NCBI GenBank assembly: GCA_964551015.1
Contig: CAZKBP010000003.1
Coordinates: 85,327-149,326 of the forward strand
Length of the DNA: 64,000 nt
From: an uncultured Cytophagaceae bacterium
Lineage (GTDB): Bacteria > Bacteroidota > Bacteroidia > Cytophagales > Microscillaceae
Direction of reading: 5' to 3'
In this document: one piece after another, positions 30,008-39,997 of the stretch
Numbering within the stretch: the first letter of the stretch is position 1
Layout: every line of letters starts with the position of its first letter
Notes under the pieces: generated by a model
The model's database searches: none
The model's input: only the letters and a program-made list of their open reading frames with translations
Told to the model about the DNA's origin: nothing
Translations under genes and position numbers: made by a program

Positions 30008-30282
30008 GGAAGAAAAGAGGCATTAATCTGCCAAGTATTAGTCAAACTGTTACTATTATCATACCAAAACTACGCCAAAGCATAAATTATCTCCAAAGAA
30101 GGATGGAAGCCACTCAGCAGCAGTGAGGAGAAGGCGAGGGAAATTGTACAAGAAGTGCTGTCCAAAAAAGGGAATTTAGTTCTAAAATGGGAGCCGAAAG
30201 GCCGACAACTCTTCCATTATAAATAACATCCAGTAAGATCATGCCCCGTCCGAGATAAACTTTCTTACATTTATAGAGAGAA

Positions 30283-30305
30283 AATTTCGATTATAAATCG
30301 AATTT
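30283..30305. promoter_or_regulatory. Imperfect 23-bp palindrome AATTTCGATT-ATA-AATCGAATTT, a candidate dimeric-regulator operator about 230 bp upstream of the MoxR-like operon
   Basis: 10-bp inverted arms with one mismatch and a 3-bp spacer, seen directly. Confidence 0.35.
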
Positions 30306-30456
30306 ATTAACTTACAATAAGAAGTTAATCTATCAGTTGAGTTGTTCTTTTTTGAAAAACATCACGAAGCTTCAAATCAGCTCAATTAGCAAAGCAGAGA
30401 CACCTGACCATCATTGGATTTATTAAATTCTAATTTTTTACACTACCCAAACTACT

Positions 30457-30477
30457 TTGAGGGGTATATACCCTCAA
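30457..30477. promoter_or_regulatory. Near-perfect palindrome TTGAGGG-GTATATA-CCCTCAA immediately upstream of the MoxR-like gene
   Basis: 7-bp perfect inverted arms around a TATATA core, 55-75 bp upstream of the ATG at 30532. Confidence 0.4.
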
Positions 30478-30531
30478 GGTGGTGGAGTTCGTAAGCCAAG
30501 CCGATTTAAAATTAATCATTCTCTTGCCCAT

Positions 30532-31500
30532 ATGAGTATCTTTGGGATTGCTACTTCTGATTTGATTCAGCCCAGATATGAGGCTAATCCTGCGCATTAC
30601 ACTCCTAGTGAGGAACTTAGCATGGCGGTCAAAGTGGCCATCAAGCTCAAACAACCGCTTTTATTAACTGGAGAACCTGGCACTGGAAAAACCCAGTTGG
30701 CTTATGCCATTGCTTATGATTTGCACCGACATCATCCAGATTTTCTAGCAGACCCTTTAGTATTTCACACCAAAACTACCTCTCAGGCCAGCGATCTTTT
30801 CTATACCTATGATGCAGTGCGGCATTTTCACGATGCGAATATCAAGAAAATAGAAGAAAAAGCATTAAATCCTATTTCCGACTACATTCAGTTACAAGCT
30901 CTAGGTCAGGCCATTGCCATGAGTAATCCCCGTGAAGTAATTCGGGGAGATTATGTCCCCAAGGCACTATCGGGAGCGAAGAGTTCTGTGGTACTTATTG
31001 ATGAAATTGACAAGGCTCCCCGAGATTTTCCCAATGATATTCTCCACGAAATAGAAAATTTTGAATTTGAGATTCAAGAAGCGGATCATTATCGGATTCG
31101 CAGAGGAGAAGAAAAGCAAATCATTGTCATTATGACCAGTAATTCTGAGAAAAATCTCCCCGATGCTTTTCTGCGACGCTGTGTTTTTTTTCATATTCCT
31201 TTTCCTGACGAGAGGCAACTGTTGGAAATCGTGCGCAAGCAGCCCTGGAACGATGTGCGCTATGCCAGTGAAGAACTGATCGCGCATTTTCTCGAGATTC
31301 GGGAACTGATTAAAAAGAAAAAGCCTGCTACCTCCGAGCTACTCACTTGGCTGAGAATTTTAGAATTAGAAGGTTTTTTAGAAGAAGGCTTTTCGTGGCA
31401 GGAACTCAAAAGCCGAAAGCAAGAAGTGCTGCGTTACAGCTATTCGGTATTAGCCAAAACCAGTGAAGATTTGATGACAATTAAACATAAACTCTATTAA
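30532..31500 (+). CDS. AAA+ ATPase, MoxR-like
   Basis: Walker A LLLTGEPGTGKTQLAYAIA, Walker B VVLIDEIDKAPRD, and sensor region IVIMTSNSEKNLPDAFLRRCVFF. Start is taken at the ATG (MSIFGIATSD). The TTG at 30457 in the track lies inside the palindrome. Confidence 0.75.
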   Translation: MSIFGIATSDLIQPRYEANPAHYTPSEELSMAVKVAIKLKQPLLLTGEPGTGKTQLAYAIAYDLHRHHPDFLADPLVFHTKTTSQASDLFYTYDAVRHFHDANIKKIEEKALNPISDYIQLQALGQAIAMSNPREVIRGDYVPKALSGAKSSVVLIDEIDKAPRDFPNDILHEIENFEFEIQEADHYRIRRGEEKQIIVIMTSNSEKNLPDAFLRRCVFFHIPFPDERQLLEIVRKQPWNDVRYASEELIAHFLEIRELIKKKKPATSELLTWLRILELEGFLEEGFSWQELKSRKQEVLRYSYSVLAKTSEDLMTIKHKLY

Positions 31501-31575
31501 ATTTTTTGCTAAACCCTGATTCCAAGATAGAAAATACTCACTAATCCTAAAAGCAAAGGATAAAGCAATTGCCTT

Positions 31576-34500
31576 ATGGAAAAAATCAAACTACCCCTCG
31601 ATAAGCTTCTTCTCAAACTAGAAAAAGAGGGATTTTATCTCGATCACCATACGCGCCTACGCCTGCAAAAGACTCTCCATGCTTTCGGACCAGAGCTAGC
31701 TCAACAGCCCGAGAAATTGAAAGCAGTTCTATCCCCCATTCTAGCCAAGAATCAACTCGAGCAGGAGCGGTTTTATCAATGCTTCGATGAATATTATCAG
31801 GAAATCATCGCCAGCCCACCAGAGGCAGATAGGGAAACCCTGCCCCAGCGATCTACTTCATTGGGAGACTTATTGGCTTTGGCCTTATCTATTTTGCTGG
31901 TATTTATCGTTTCTTTCTGGACTTCCGAGCCCAAGCCCCAACCTCAAGCTAGCCATGAAGACAAATCGCTGGATTCACTCGAACTAGCACCCAAACCCCA
32001 GCCTGTGCCGCTTGCTCCCAGCGATTCTCATCAGGAAGCAGTTCAAAATCAGGAAATCAAAATCGAGCTGAATAAATTTGCTCGGGCTGGAGAAACTTTG
32101 AAAATCTATAACAAAACGCTTCACCGCGAACAATGGGATTTTATATGGAACTTTGGGACAAGCTCCAAAAGAGATGTCAATTTAACCAACAATGCCTCTA
32201 CCGTAGAACATACTTATTTCAAAGCTGGAACCTACCATATCCAACTCACCGCGCGTCATAAGCATACGCACGAAGAAAAAATTATTACCCAGCGCGTGTA
32301 TGTGGATTATGATGGCAAACCGATTCTCGCCATCGAGCCACAAAAAGTCTACGCGGGCGATACGGTGATATTTAGTGATTATTCGCCATTTGCCGAAGAA
32401 TCTTTCCTCACGATTCACGGGGAACCTTATCCGACTACGGTTCAATTTCTAGGAGCGCATCGGAGCTATCAATATGTTTACGAGCAACCTGGTTATTATG
32501 CTGTTGAGCTAAAAGTCTTCCAAAAGGGTGAGGTATTGCGTCGTCGTGCCTCCATTGAGGTATTAGATAAGAAAACGACCCCTCCTCTGGTGATTAATAC
32601 CACCCAAGAGGCGAGCCAAGACCAGTTACTTTCGTCCGCAGAGCAGGAAGCGTTGGAAGAAGTTCAGAACAATACGTATAGGTTTTTCACGGCACGTTTT
32701 TATCTGTTTTGTCTGGGCACTTTCGTGCTAATTTGGGGGCTGATAGAATTAGCACTGCAGGTTTATCGGAGAGGCTCGAGAAGCAATCCCGTGGCGATTT
32801 CAAGTGCTAATCACTTGGCGAGTTTATCGCAGTTTCCGAAGGAAAGCCCTTTTTTGGTGGATAAATCTATCTACACGGCCGCCCAAGCATTGAAAAAACG
32901 AAAAATTACTACTACTTCCAAGCTGAATATGAAGGCCAGTATTCGAGCCACCTCTCAAAAAGGTGGGCTTCCGCAGTTGTTATTCGCGCATCAACCACAA
33001 AGTCGTGAATATCTTATTTTGATAGATCGCTCGGTGCGTCATCGTCAGCAAACGCGCTGGTTTGAGCATTTGATTGATCTTCTAAAAAAAGAAGAAGTAG
33101 CGATTGAGAAATATTATTTTGAGCGGCTACCAAATGTATGGTATACCTCTCCTACTTCAGAAGGCAGGGCGGCCGATACCTTGATGGGGCAATATCAGCA
33201 CCATACGCTCTTGATCTTTGCCGAGGGAGAAGCTTGGGTCAATGCCGATTCCAGTCAGTGGCAGGAGTGGGCAAAAAATTTTCTGGAACATTGGCCAGAG
33301 AAGGTCTGGATGAGTCCAAAGTTGCTGACCGAATGGGGAACAACCGAAAGAGTTTTAGAAAGCCTCTGTCCGCTCTTACCGGCACACGAAGCCGGACAAT
33401 CACTACTTGTGGAGGCACTGACCGAGTCTCAGCCCAGAAACTTTTGGGAATTGAAAGAAAACTTGGAAAAAGCACTACAGGGAGAGGCAATGGGTTCTAT
33501 TGATTCCGATAGAAAAGAACTCACGAAAGCTCATACAGCTGCAAATACCTCCTTTGATCTTGAGCAATTAACCTATTATCTAGAAGATACGAACAAGCCT
33601 TTTACCACCAATCAAGCAATTTACCTAGAAAAATCGCCTCTTGTAGCTTGGGTTTGTGCCTTGGCCGTTTATCCTTATCCTAATTGGACAATGACCGTCG
33701 AGATTGGTCAAAAAATACAAGCCAAATTAGGTCTTAAAGTCTTGGTCAACTCCGAAAACCTACTGAAACTAAGCAGTCTTCCTTGGTTCAATGAACCACG
33801 TCTGCCTGAACACATTGAACAAGCACTACTCCGAGAACTCAGCCAGATGCCCCCAGAAATTGAGCAGGCCGCCCGCGAAGCCGTGTTGGAAGTGATCGAG
33901 AGAGAAGAAAAGAAAGCCGAGAAAAACACTTCGCAAAGTCGGCATTGGCAAGTACAAAGAACCATTCAAGAAGCCCTGCTCGACCCAGTAGACCGACAAG
34001 CTTGGCGCAAATTGCGAAAGTGGTCTGATTTGAAATGGATTGACAGTGAAGTCTTGAACCGAAGTATTCAAGAGCGCTTCCGCTGGCGGTATTATCTGCC
34101 TTGGCTGCGCTTGGCCGTGGGGCTTTTGGTGGGTTTTGCCCTGCTACCGCAAAGTCCAGAAAATACCGTATTTGCCGATTCTTGGTCGCAAACCTTAGGA
34201 CTGATTGAGCTAGAGATAGACGAAACCCCCACCCCACAAGCCGCCAAAATCATCGAGTATGATGCCAACTATAAAATTCATACCCTCGATCCAATCCGTG
34301 TGCAGACCCAGGAGGAGAAAGAAATCGTGGGTTTAGTATACGAAACGCCCATGACTCTGGATGAGGGCGGAGGCTTGGTTGCTTCTTTATTTTCCAAGGT
34401 TGAGCAGCACGAGGGGGTATGGACATTTTGGTTAGCTCCGGGCACCTATTTTCACGATCATCCCGCTTTTTTTCAAGGAAGGGGAAGGGAGATCAACGCA

Positions 34501-34980
34501 CAAGACTTTAAATACTCTTTCAAAAGGCTAATAGAGGCAAAAATAGACGATCCCAAAGTACAAAGATTGCAAGGGCTTCTGCACGATTTTGAGTATGCTT
34601 TTATCTTACATCACGAACAAGCTTTTAAAATGCAATTTGCAGAAAATATTTCCAAAGAGGAGATGATGGAGTTATTTTCACTTCCTCAAACCTCGGTTGT
34701 GGCTTCGGAAGTAGTAGATTGGCACAAAGCTGACTTCTCCAAATACGCCGTAGGTACAGGCGATTATAAACTGGATTTTTGGCAGAGAGATTATCACCAG
34801 CGCTACGTGCTCGTGAAAAAAGAAGAAAGTTCTGAAGAGCTTCGTGAGATTGCATGCGGATTTTCTGAGGGCCAAACCCATTCTTATTCAGGCTGGGTAT
34901 TTTACTTGATGTTTTGGGGAGGAATATTGGCGATAGGTGCTTTATTTCTTGTCTTCACTAGGGCAATTTCAGCATTTTAA
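31576..34980 (+). CDS. Large multi-domain integral membrane protein (1134 aa) co-transcribed with the MoxR-like ATPase. It has PKD-like ectodomains, a degenerate vWA-like cytoplasmic domain, and an SBP_bac_5-like C-terminal ectodomain fragment
   Basis: Four hydrophobic helices (aa ~98-115, ~375-395, ~860-880, C-terminal ~1105-1125). Two PKD-like segments (WDFIWNFGTSSKRDVNLTNNASTVEHTYFKAGTYHIQLTA; GDTVIFSDYSP...YVYEQPGYYAVELKV). A vWA-like beta1/beta4 pattern (EYLILIDRSVRH...HTLLIFAEGEAWVN). A block GVWTFWLAPGTYFHDHPAFFQGRGREINAQDFKYSFKRLIE resembles the N-terminal lobe of family-5 solute-binding proteins. Confidence 0.55.
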   Translation: MEKIKLPLDKLLLKLEKEGFYLDHHTRLRLQKTLHAFGPELAQQPEKLKAVLSPILAKNQLEQERFYQCFDEYYQEIIASPPEADRETLPQRSTSLGDLLALALSILLVFIVSFWTSEPKPQPQASHEDKSLDSLELAPKPQPVPLAPSDSHQEAVQNQEIKIELNKFARAGETLKIYNKTLHREQWDFIWNFGTSSKRDVNLTNNASTVEHTYFKAGTYHIQLTARHKHTHEEKIITQRVYVDYDGKPILAIEPQKVYAGDTVIFSDYSPFAEESFLTIHGEPYPTTVQFLGAHRSYQYVYEQPGYYAVELKVFQKGEVLRRRASIEVLDKKTTPPLVINTTQEASQDQLLSSAEQEALEEVQNNTYRFFTARFYLFCLGTFVLIWGLIELALQVYRRGSRSNPVAISSANHLASLSQFPKESPFLVDKSIYTAAQALKKRKITTTSKLNMKASIRATSQKGGLPQLLFAHQPQSREYLILIDRSVRHRQQTRWFEHLIDLLKKEEVAIEKYYFERLPNVWYTSPTSEGRAADTLMGQYQHHTLLIFAEGEAWVNADSSQWQEWAKNFLEHWPEKVWMSPKLLTEWGTTERVLESLCPLLPAHEAGQSLLVEALTESQPRNFWELKENLEKALQGEAMGSIDSDRKELTKAHTAANTSFDLEQLTYYLEDTNKPFTTNQAIYLEKSPLVAWVCALAVYPYPNWTMTVEIGQKIQAKLGLKVLVNSENLLKLSSLPWFNEPRLPEHIEQALLRELSQMPPEIEQAAREAVLEVIEREEKKAEKNTSQSRHWQVQRTIQEALLDPVDRQAWRKLRKWSDLKWIDSEVLNRSIQERFRWRYYLPWLRLAVGLLVGFALLPQSPENTVFADSWSQTLGLIELEIDETPTPQAAKIIEYDANYKIHTLDPIRVQTQEEKEIVGLVYETPMTLDEGGGLVASLFSKVEQHEGVWTFWLAPGTYFHDHPAFFQGRGREINAQDFKYSFKRLIEAKIDDPKVQRLQGLLHDFEYAFILHHEQAFKMQFAENISKEEMMELFSLPQTSVVASEVVDWHKADFSKYAVGTGDYKLDFWQRDYHQRYVLVKKEESSEELREIACGFSEGQTHSYSGWVFYLMFWGGILAIGALFLVFTRAISAF

Positions 34981-35140
34981 GCATTCAATTTCAAATTTAA
35001 CCCCTTGATAAGCCTCTTTGATCAAACCACATCAGAATGGCATATCCATGCACAGAATGGAAGCAGGGACAATTTGTAAAGTATGACTTGCAACCTTGAA
35101 TCTGTAACTTGCCACTTGAAACACCTGTAACTCCATAAAA

Positions 35141-35680
35141 ATGTCTCTAAAGCAAAAATACGCCCGCGAATCTCTGGTTACAATGACCGAAATGGTACTC
35201 CCCAACGACACCAACACCCTCAACAATCTGATGGGAGGGCGGATGATGCACCTGATGGATATTGCGGGAGCCATTTCTGCCCAAAGGCATTCCAATCGGA
35301 TCGTAGTTACAGCCTCAGTCGACAATGTATCCTTTTCGGAACCCATTTCTCTGGGCGATGTCCTGACGATTAAGGCGCAAGTAACAAGGGCTTTCAACTC
35401 CTCCATGGAAGTACATATCGAGGTTATTGCCGAAAATATTCCCGCCGGAAAGAAAAAATGTACCAATCGAGCATTCTTCACCTTCGTAGCCGTAGACCAA
35501 TCGGGGAACCCGATCACGGTGCCGGAAGTCATTCCCGAAACCGAAGATGAGCAGGAATGGTACGCTGGAGCCTTACGTCGCCGACAATTAAGACTCATTC
35601 TAGCTAAGCGCATCCAACCCGATGAAGCTACGGAGTTGAAGTCCCTATTTATGGGGGGTGAGCTCCCCAATAATACTTAG
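35141..35680 (+). CDS. Acyl-CoA thioesterase (hotdog fold, YciA/BFIT-like)
   Basis: TEMVLPNDTNTLNNLMGGRMMHLMDIAGAISAQRH...VVTASVDNVSF is the typical acyl-CoA thioester hydrolase core. Confidence 0.8.
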   Translation: MSLKQKYARESLVTMTEMVLPNDTNTLNNLMGGRMMHLMDIAGAISAQRHSNRIVVTASVDNVSFSEPISLGDVLTIKAQVTRAFNSSMEVHIEVIAENIPAGKKKCTNRAFFTFVAVDQSGNPITVPEVIPETEDEQEWYAGALRRRQLRLILAKRIQPDEATELKSLFMGGELPNNT

Positions 35681-35942
35681 TTTTTAGAGAATTTTGGCAA
35701 AAACCTTTTTTTTCGTCGATACCTGTCCTAGCTTTGTCCTAGCGATTTAAGCAAAAATCTGACATCACCTCATAACTTCACAGCATTTTATTCGTAAGCT
35801 AGGGTATAAGTAAAGCTTATTCACAGCTACCGTCCCTCAACCGGACTTTTCTTTACATTTCTGTTTTGATCCCATCCCGATTTCTTGGTTTGACCAGAGA
35901 AGCTGTAACGATATAGTTTCCTACTAACTTTATTAAAACGCT

Positions 35943-37967
35943 ATGTTTTTTCAAAAACTACTCCCACAATTATGGATCGCCTGTTTGTTATCAAGTGCGA
36001 TATTTAACCCGACTTTTGCACAAGAAAAAAAATTTGGTAAAGTCAGCAAAGAAGAATTAAAGATGAGTAACTATGCGCCTGACCCAGAAGCAGAAGCCGT
36101 AGTACTCTTTGATGTAGGACAATCTACTTTCGAGATTAGTCCTAATGTTGGATTTCAAATTGTTCATACCCGCCATACCCGCATCAAGATTTTTAATAAA
36201 TCTGGTTATGAACACGCAAACATATCCATTCCTTTCTATGACGCAGGTTCTGATAATAGAGAGCGTGTCAGTAATATCAAGGGCTACACCTACGCCTTAG
36301 AGAATGGAGAAGTTCAAAAATACAAATTGGATAAGAGTGCTATTTTCGAGGAAGAAATTAATGAAAACTGGCGACTCGAAAAATTCACCATGCCCAATGT
36401 TGCCGAGGGCGTGATTATAGAGTTTGAGTACAAGGTCACTTCCGACTTTGTCGAGAATCTGAGAGAATGGTATTTTCAGAATACGATCCCCGTGATGTGG
36501 AGTGAATACGTGACGCGCGTACCCGAATATTTTGCCTACAAAAGAATTACACAGGGGTTTGTTCCTTTTACGGTTGATGAAAATGAAACCCAACATGGTT
36601 CTATGGTTGGGGGCGGTACTAACGCAAATTTTACGCTGTACGTGAATCGTTTGGTAGCAGAAAATGTCCCCGCTTTTCGAAATGAAAAATATATTACCAC
36701 CGCGGAGGATTATCTCTCTAAAATCGATTTCCAACTGACCTCGATGATCTCACCCAACGGTAGAGTTACGAATTATTCTGAAGATTGGAAAACCCTCAGC
36801 AAAGGACTTAGAGAAAGCGAAAGTTTTGGTGTGCAACTCCGGAAAAGAGGATTGGTCAAAGACGAAGCTGCGCTCTTCCAAGAAAAGTTTAGAGATCTTG
36901 GTGAGCGTGCAGAGGCAGTTTATGAATATATCAAAAGAAATATCACCTGGGATGGGAAGTATAGGATATATGCGAGTGAAGGACTTCGTAAGGCTCTTAA
37001 TGATAAAAAAGGAAACAGTGCGGAGGTGAATCTATTATTGACTTCCATGCTCTCGGAAGCAGGGATCGAAGCTTACCCCGTGCTACTCAGTACACGCTCC
37101 CACGGCAGGGTCAATCCACTTTATCCTTCTTTATCAAAGTTTAATTACGTCATTACCTATGCCAAGATCGGAGAGAAAGGAGTGCTCCTAGATGCTACCG
37201 ATCACTATACTTCTTTTGGTAGTTTACCTTATCGCTGCTTGAATGGAGATGGATTAGTAATCACAGAAGAAAGTTTTGGTTGGGTTCCCTTGCAAGGGAA
37301 TGCTTCTAGCACACACTCCTATAATCTGATGCTGAAAATGGATGAGAATGGCCAAATGAAAGGAGAGATGCAAGTAATCGAGAAAGGATACGCGGCCATC
37401 AGTATGCGTAAGGGCATCGAGAAAAATGATGAAGAAACCTACATAAGCGAACGCTGGAACATGGACGAGGGAGGCTTCAAGATAAGCAAATATGAATTTA
37501 AGAATTTAGGAGAAATGGAGGAAGGAATTTCGCTGACGCTTGATATCGAGACCGCTCAGACCAAGGCGGGCAATCTGATTTACCTCGATCCTATTTTGGA
37601 GAAAAGCTTTGAAGAAAATCCCTTCAAACAAGAAGAAAGAAAATTCCCCGTTGACTTTGGTTATCCTTTTAATTATAGCTATTTCTTAACGATCGAGCTG
37701 CCCAAAGGCTACAAGCTGGAAGAACTTCCCCAAAATGGCATGTTCAGTCTGCCTGACAAGGCTGGACGCTTCTCTTACATTGTCGGTCAGAGTGGAAATA
37801 ATCTTCAAGTGCGCAACACACTTAGTATTAATAAGCCTTATTTCTCGCCAAATGAATATGCCGCACTCAAAAAATTCTTCGAGTTAGCCGTCAGTAAAAT
37901 TAATGAGCAGATCGTACTCAAAAAAGCCACAGGTGGCGTAGAAACCAGCTCAGCTGGCCAAGAATAA
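35943..37967 (+). CDS. DUF3857 + transglutaminase-like (Cys-to-Ser, likely inactive) + DUF3858 domain protein
   Basis: Signal peptide. The transglutaminase-like core has Ser in place of the nucleophile Cys (KGNSAEVNLLLTSMLSEAGIEAYPVLLSTRSHG). Confidence 0.6.
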   Translation: MFFQKLLPQLWIACLLSSAIFNPTFAQEKKFGKVSKEELKMSNYAPDPEAEAVVLFDVGQSTFEISPNVGFQIVHTRHTRIKIFNKSGYEHANISIPFYDAGSDNRERVSNIKGYTYALENGEVQKYKLDKSAIFEEEINENWRLEKFTMPNVAEGVIIEFEYKVTSDFVENLREWYFQNTIPVMWSEYVTRVPEYFAYKRITQGFVPFTVDENETQHGSMVGGGTNANFTLYVNRLVAENVPAFRNEKYITTAEDYLSKIDFQLTSMISPNGRVTNYSEDWKTLSKGLRESESFGVQLRKRGLVKDEAALFQEKFRDLGERAEAVYEYIKRNITWDGKYRIYASEGLRKALNDKKGNSAEVNLLLTSMLSEAGIEAYPVLLSTRSHGRVNPLYPSLSKFNYVITYAKIGEKGVLLDATDHYTSFGSLPYRCLNGDGLVITEESFGWVPLQGNASSTHSYNLMLKMDENGQMKGEMQVIEKGYAAISMRKGIEKNDEETYISERWNMDEGGFKISKYEFKNLGEMEEGISLTLDIETAQTKAGNLIYLDPILEKSFEENPFKQEERKFPVDFGYPFNYSYFLTIELPKGYKLEELPQNGMFSLPDKAGRFSYIVGQSGNNLQVRNTLSINKPYFSPNEYAALKKFFELAVSKINEQIVLKKATGGVETSSAGQE

Positions 37968-38000
37968 CATACTTAGCGAAATAAAATACGAGCAAATCTG

Positions 38001-39986
38001 ATGAAATACTTTCATATTCTTATATGCCTGTGCCTGCAGCTTGGATGGATCGCATCCGCGCAGGCGAATGACGAACCTTCATACGCGGTCTTTAATATCT
38101 CCAAGCATTTGCTAAAAGATGCGAATGCCGTACTCCGAATCGATCAAAATTACTTGGAAGTGATCTCCGAAGGACGTGCCAAATATCGCTCTAAATGGGC
38201 CATCACGATCCTGAACAAAAAAGCAGATCATTATGCCGAACTCAAACTGGTCTATGACAAACTAAGAGAGATTGACTTGATGAAAGGAACTCTCTACGAT
38301 CAATTTGGTAAGGAAATCCGAAAGCTCAAAAAATCAGATATTAAAGACGAAAGTGCAGTTTCTTCCTACTCAATTTATGAAGATACCCGTGTAAAAATCG
38401 CCTCACTTGCGCATCATAGCTATCCTTACACCGTGGAATTTGAGATCGAGCTAGATTATAAAGGAGTCCTTGCTTATCCGAGATGGCAGCCCCAAGGAAG
38501 CTCAGATATTTCGGTAGAAAGCTCCGAAATGCAGGTAGATATGCCTCAGGGATTACCCCTTAGGTTTAGAGAAATGGCCGCGCACTTGATTAATCAAGAG
38601 CAAAGTTCACAAGCAGGTAATACGAGCGAAGCAGGAAAACCAAGTCAGGTCGTCAATATCCAGAAACAAGAAGACCGGGTATTGTATTCTTGGAAGGTTC
38701 GTAATCTGGTGTCTATTGACCGGGAACCCTTTGCCCCTGACTGGCGCGAAACCGTACCCACGGTCTATTTAGCTCCTTCTCGTTTCGAGGTAGAAGGCTA
38801 TAAGGGCGAAATGAGCACTTGGGAAGAGTTTGGTAAATGGCGCTATCAACTTATTCAAGACCAAGACCAATTGCCTCATTCTACCATTCAAAGAATGAAA
38901 GACTTGACCGCTGGTATTCAAGACCCTTTGGAGAAAATTCGTAAAATTTACGAATACCTGCAATCTAAGACTAGATATGTCAGTATTCAAGAAGGCATTG
39001 GAGGGTGGCAGCCTTTTCCAGCTAATTATGTGGATGAAAAAGGCTATGGCGACTGCAAAGCCTTATCAAATTACACCAAGGCACTACTCAAGTCCGTAGA
39101 TATTAAAGCCCATTACACGGTAGTAAAAGCTGGATCAGATGAGCTTCCTATTCTCTCCGATTTTCCCTCAAATCAATTCAATCACGTGATCTTATGCGTG
39201 CCCTTGCCCCAAGATACTGTTTGGCTCGAATGTACCAGTCAGACCCAAGCTTTTGGTTACGTGAGTGATTTTACAGGAGATCGAGATGTGCTGCTGATTA
39301 CTCCCGAAGGTGGAAAACTGGTGCATACCCCCGTGTACGGTCAGGATGATAACTTACAACACCGAGAAGCCACTGTGAAAATCTTAGAAAGTGGTAATGC
39401 GGAGGCTCAAATCAAGACACGCTATCAAGCACTTCAAGAAAGAGGTAGAGGTGATTTGGTAGAAGCCTCTCAAGAAGATCAGAAGAAATGGCTCTATCGT
39501 GCCTTGGACATTCCCAACTTCCAAATCGAGGACTTCAAACTGACCCGATATAAGGAAAGAATTCCTTACGTGGAAGAAGAACTGTCGCTTACGATTCCTA
39601 AATGTGCTTCCAAAAGTGGCAGTCGACTCTTCCTGACGCCTAACCTCATGGAGCGTTGGGACTATGTGCCCGAGCGAAATGAAAACCGCAAGCTGGAGGT
39701 AGTTTTAGATGGTGATTATGACTTTAGCGATCGAGACGTGATTCGCTATGAATTGCCCGCAGGTTATGAAATCGAGTACCAGCCCGAACCCGTTGTGATT
39801 CAGAGTCCTTTTGGCGAATACAAAGCCTCTACCAGTTGGGAAGGAAATGTGCTGACCTACACCCGCGAGTGTAAGATGAACCGAGGACGCTTTGCCCCCT
39901 CGAGCTACGGTGATTTAGTTGAATTTTTCAAACAAATTGCCCAAGCTGATAAGGATAAGGTCGTTTTCGTACAAAAATCTAATTGA
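38001..39986 (+). CDS. DUF3857 + transglutaminase-like (catalytic Cys present) + DUF3858 domain protein
   Basis: Core GYGDCKALSNYTKALLKSVDIKAHYTVVKAG with downstream FNHVILCV and DRDV matches the transglutaminase-like Cys-His-Asp arrangement. It is paralogous to the upstream gene. Confidence 0.65.
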   Translation: MKYFHILICLCLQLGWIASAQANDEPSYAVFNISKHLLKDANAVLRIDQNYLEVISEGRAKYRSKWAITILNKKADHYAELKLVYDKLREIDLMKGTLYDQFGKEIRKLKKSDIKDESAVSSYSIYEDTRVKIASLAHHSYPYTVEFEIELDYKGVLAYPRWQPQGSSDISVESSEMQVDMPQGLPLRFREMAAHLINQEQSSQAGNTSEAGKPSQVVNIQKQEDRVLYSWKVRNLVSIDREPFAPDWRETVPTVYLAPSRFEVEGYKGEMSTWEEFGKWRYQLIQDQDQLPHSTIQRMKDLTAGIQDPLEKIRKIYEYLQSKTRYVSIQEGIGGWQPFPANYVDEKGYGDCKALSNYTKALLKSVDIKAHYTVVKAGSDELPILSDFPSNQFNHVILCVPLPQDTVWLECTSQTQAFGYVSDFTGDRDVLLITPEGGKLVHTPVYGQDDNLQHREATVKILESGNAEAQIKTRYQALQERGRGDLVEASQEDQKKWLYRALDIPNFQIEDFKLTRYKERIPYVEEELSLTIPKCASKSGSRLFLTPNLMERWDYVPERNENRKLEVVLDGDYDFSDRDVIRYELPAGYEIEYQPEPVVIQSPFGEYKASTSWEGNVLTYTRECKMNRGRFAPSSYGDLVEFFKQIAQADKDKVVFVQKSN

Positions 39987-39997
39987 AATAAGCTAGG

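Noticed and set aside
30457-30531. TTG start for the MoxR-like gene at 30457
   Set aside because: The TTG lies inside the TTGAGGG-GTATATA-CCCTCAA palindrome, and MoxR N-termini are short. The ATG at 30532 gives a typical ~30-aa lead before the Walker A motif.
35032-35670. 212-aa minus-strand ORF antisense to the acyl-CoA thioesterase gene
   Set aside because: It overlaps a confidently identified plus-strand gene almost entirely. It is Ser/Cys-rich and not protein-like.
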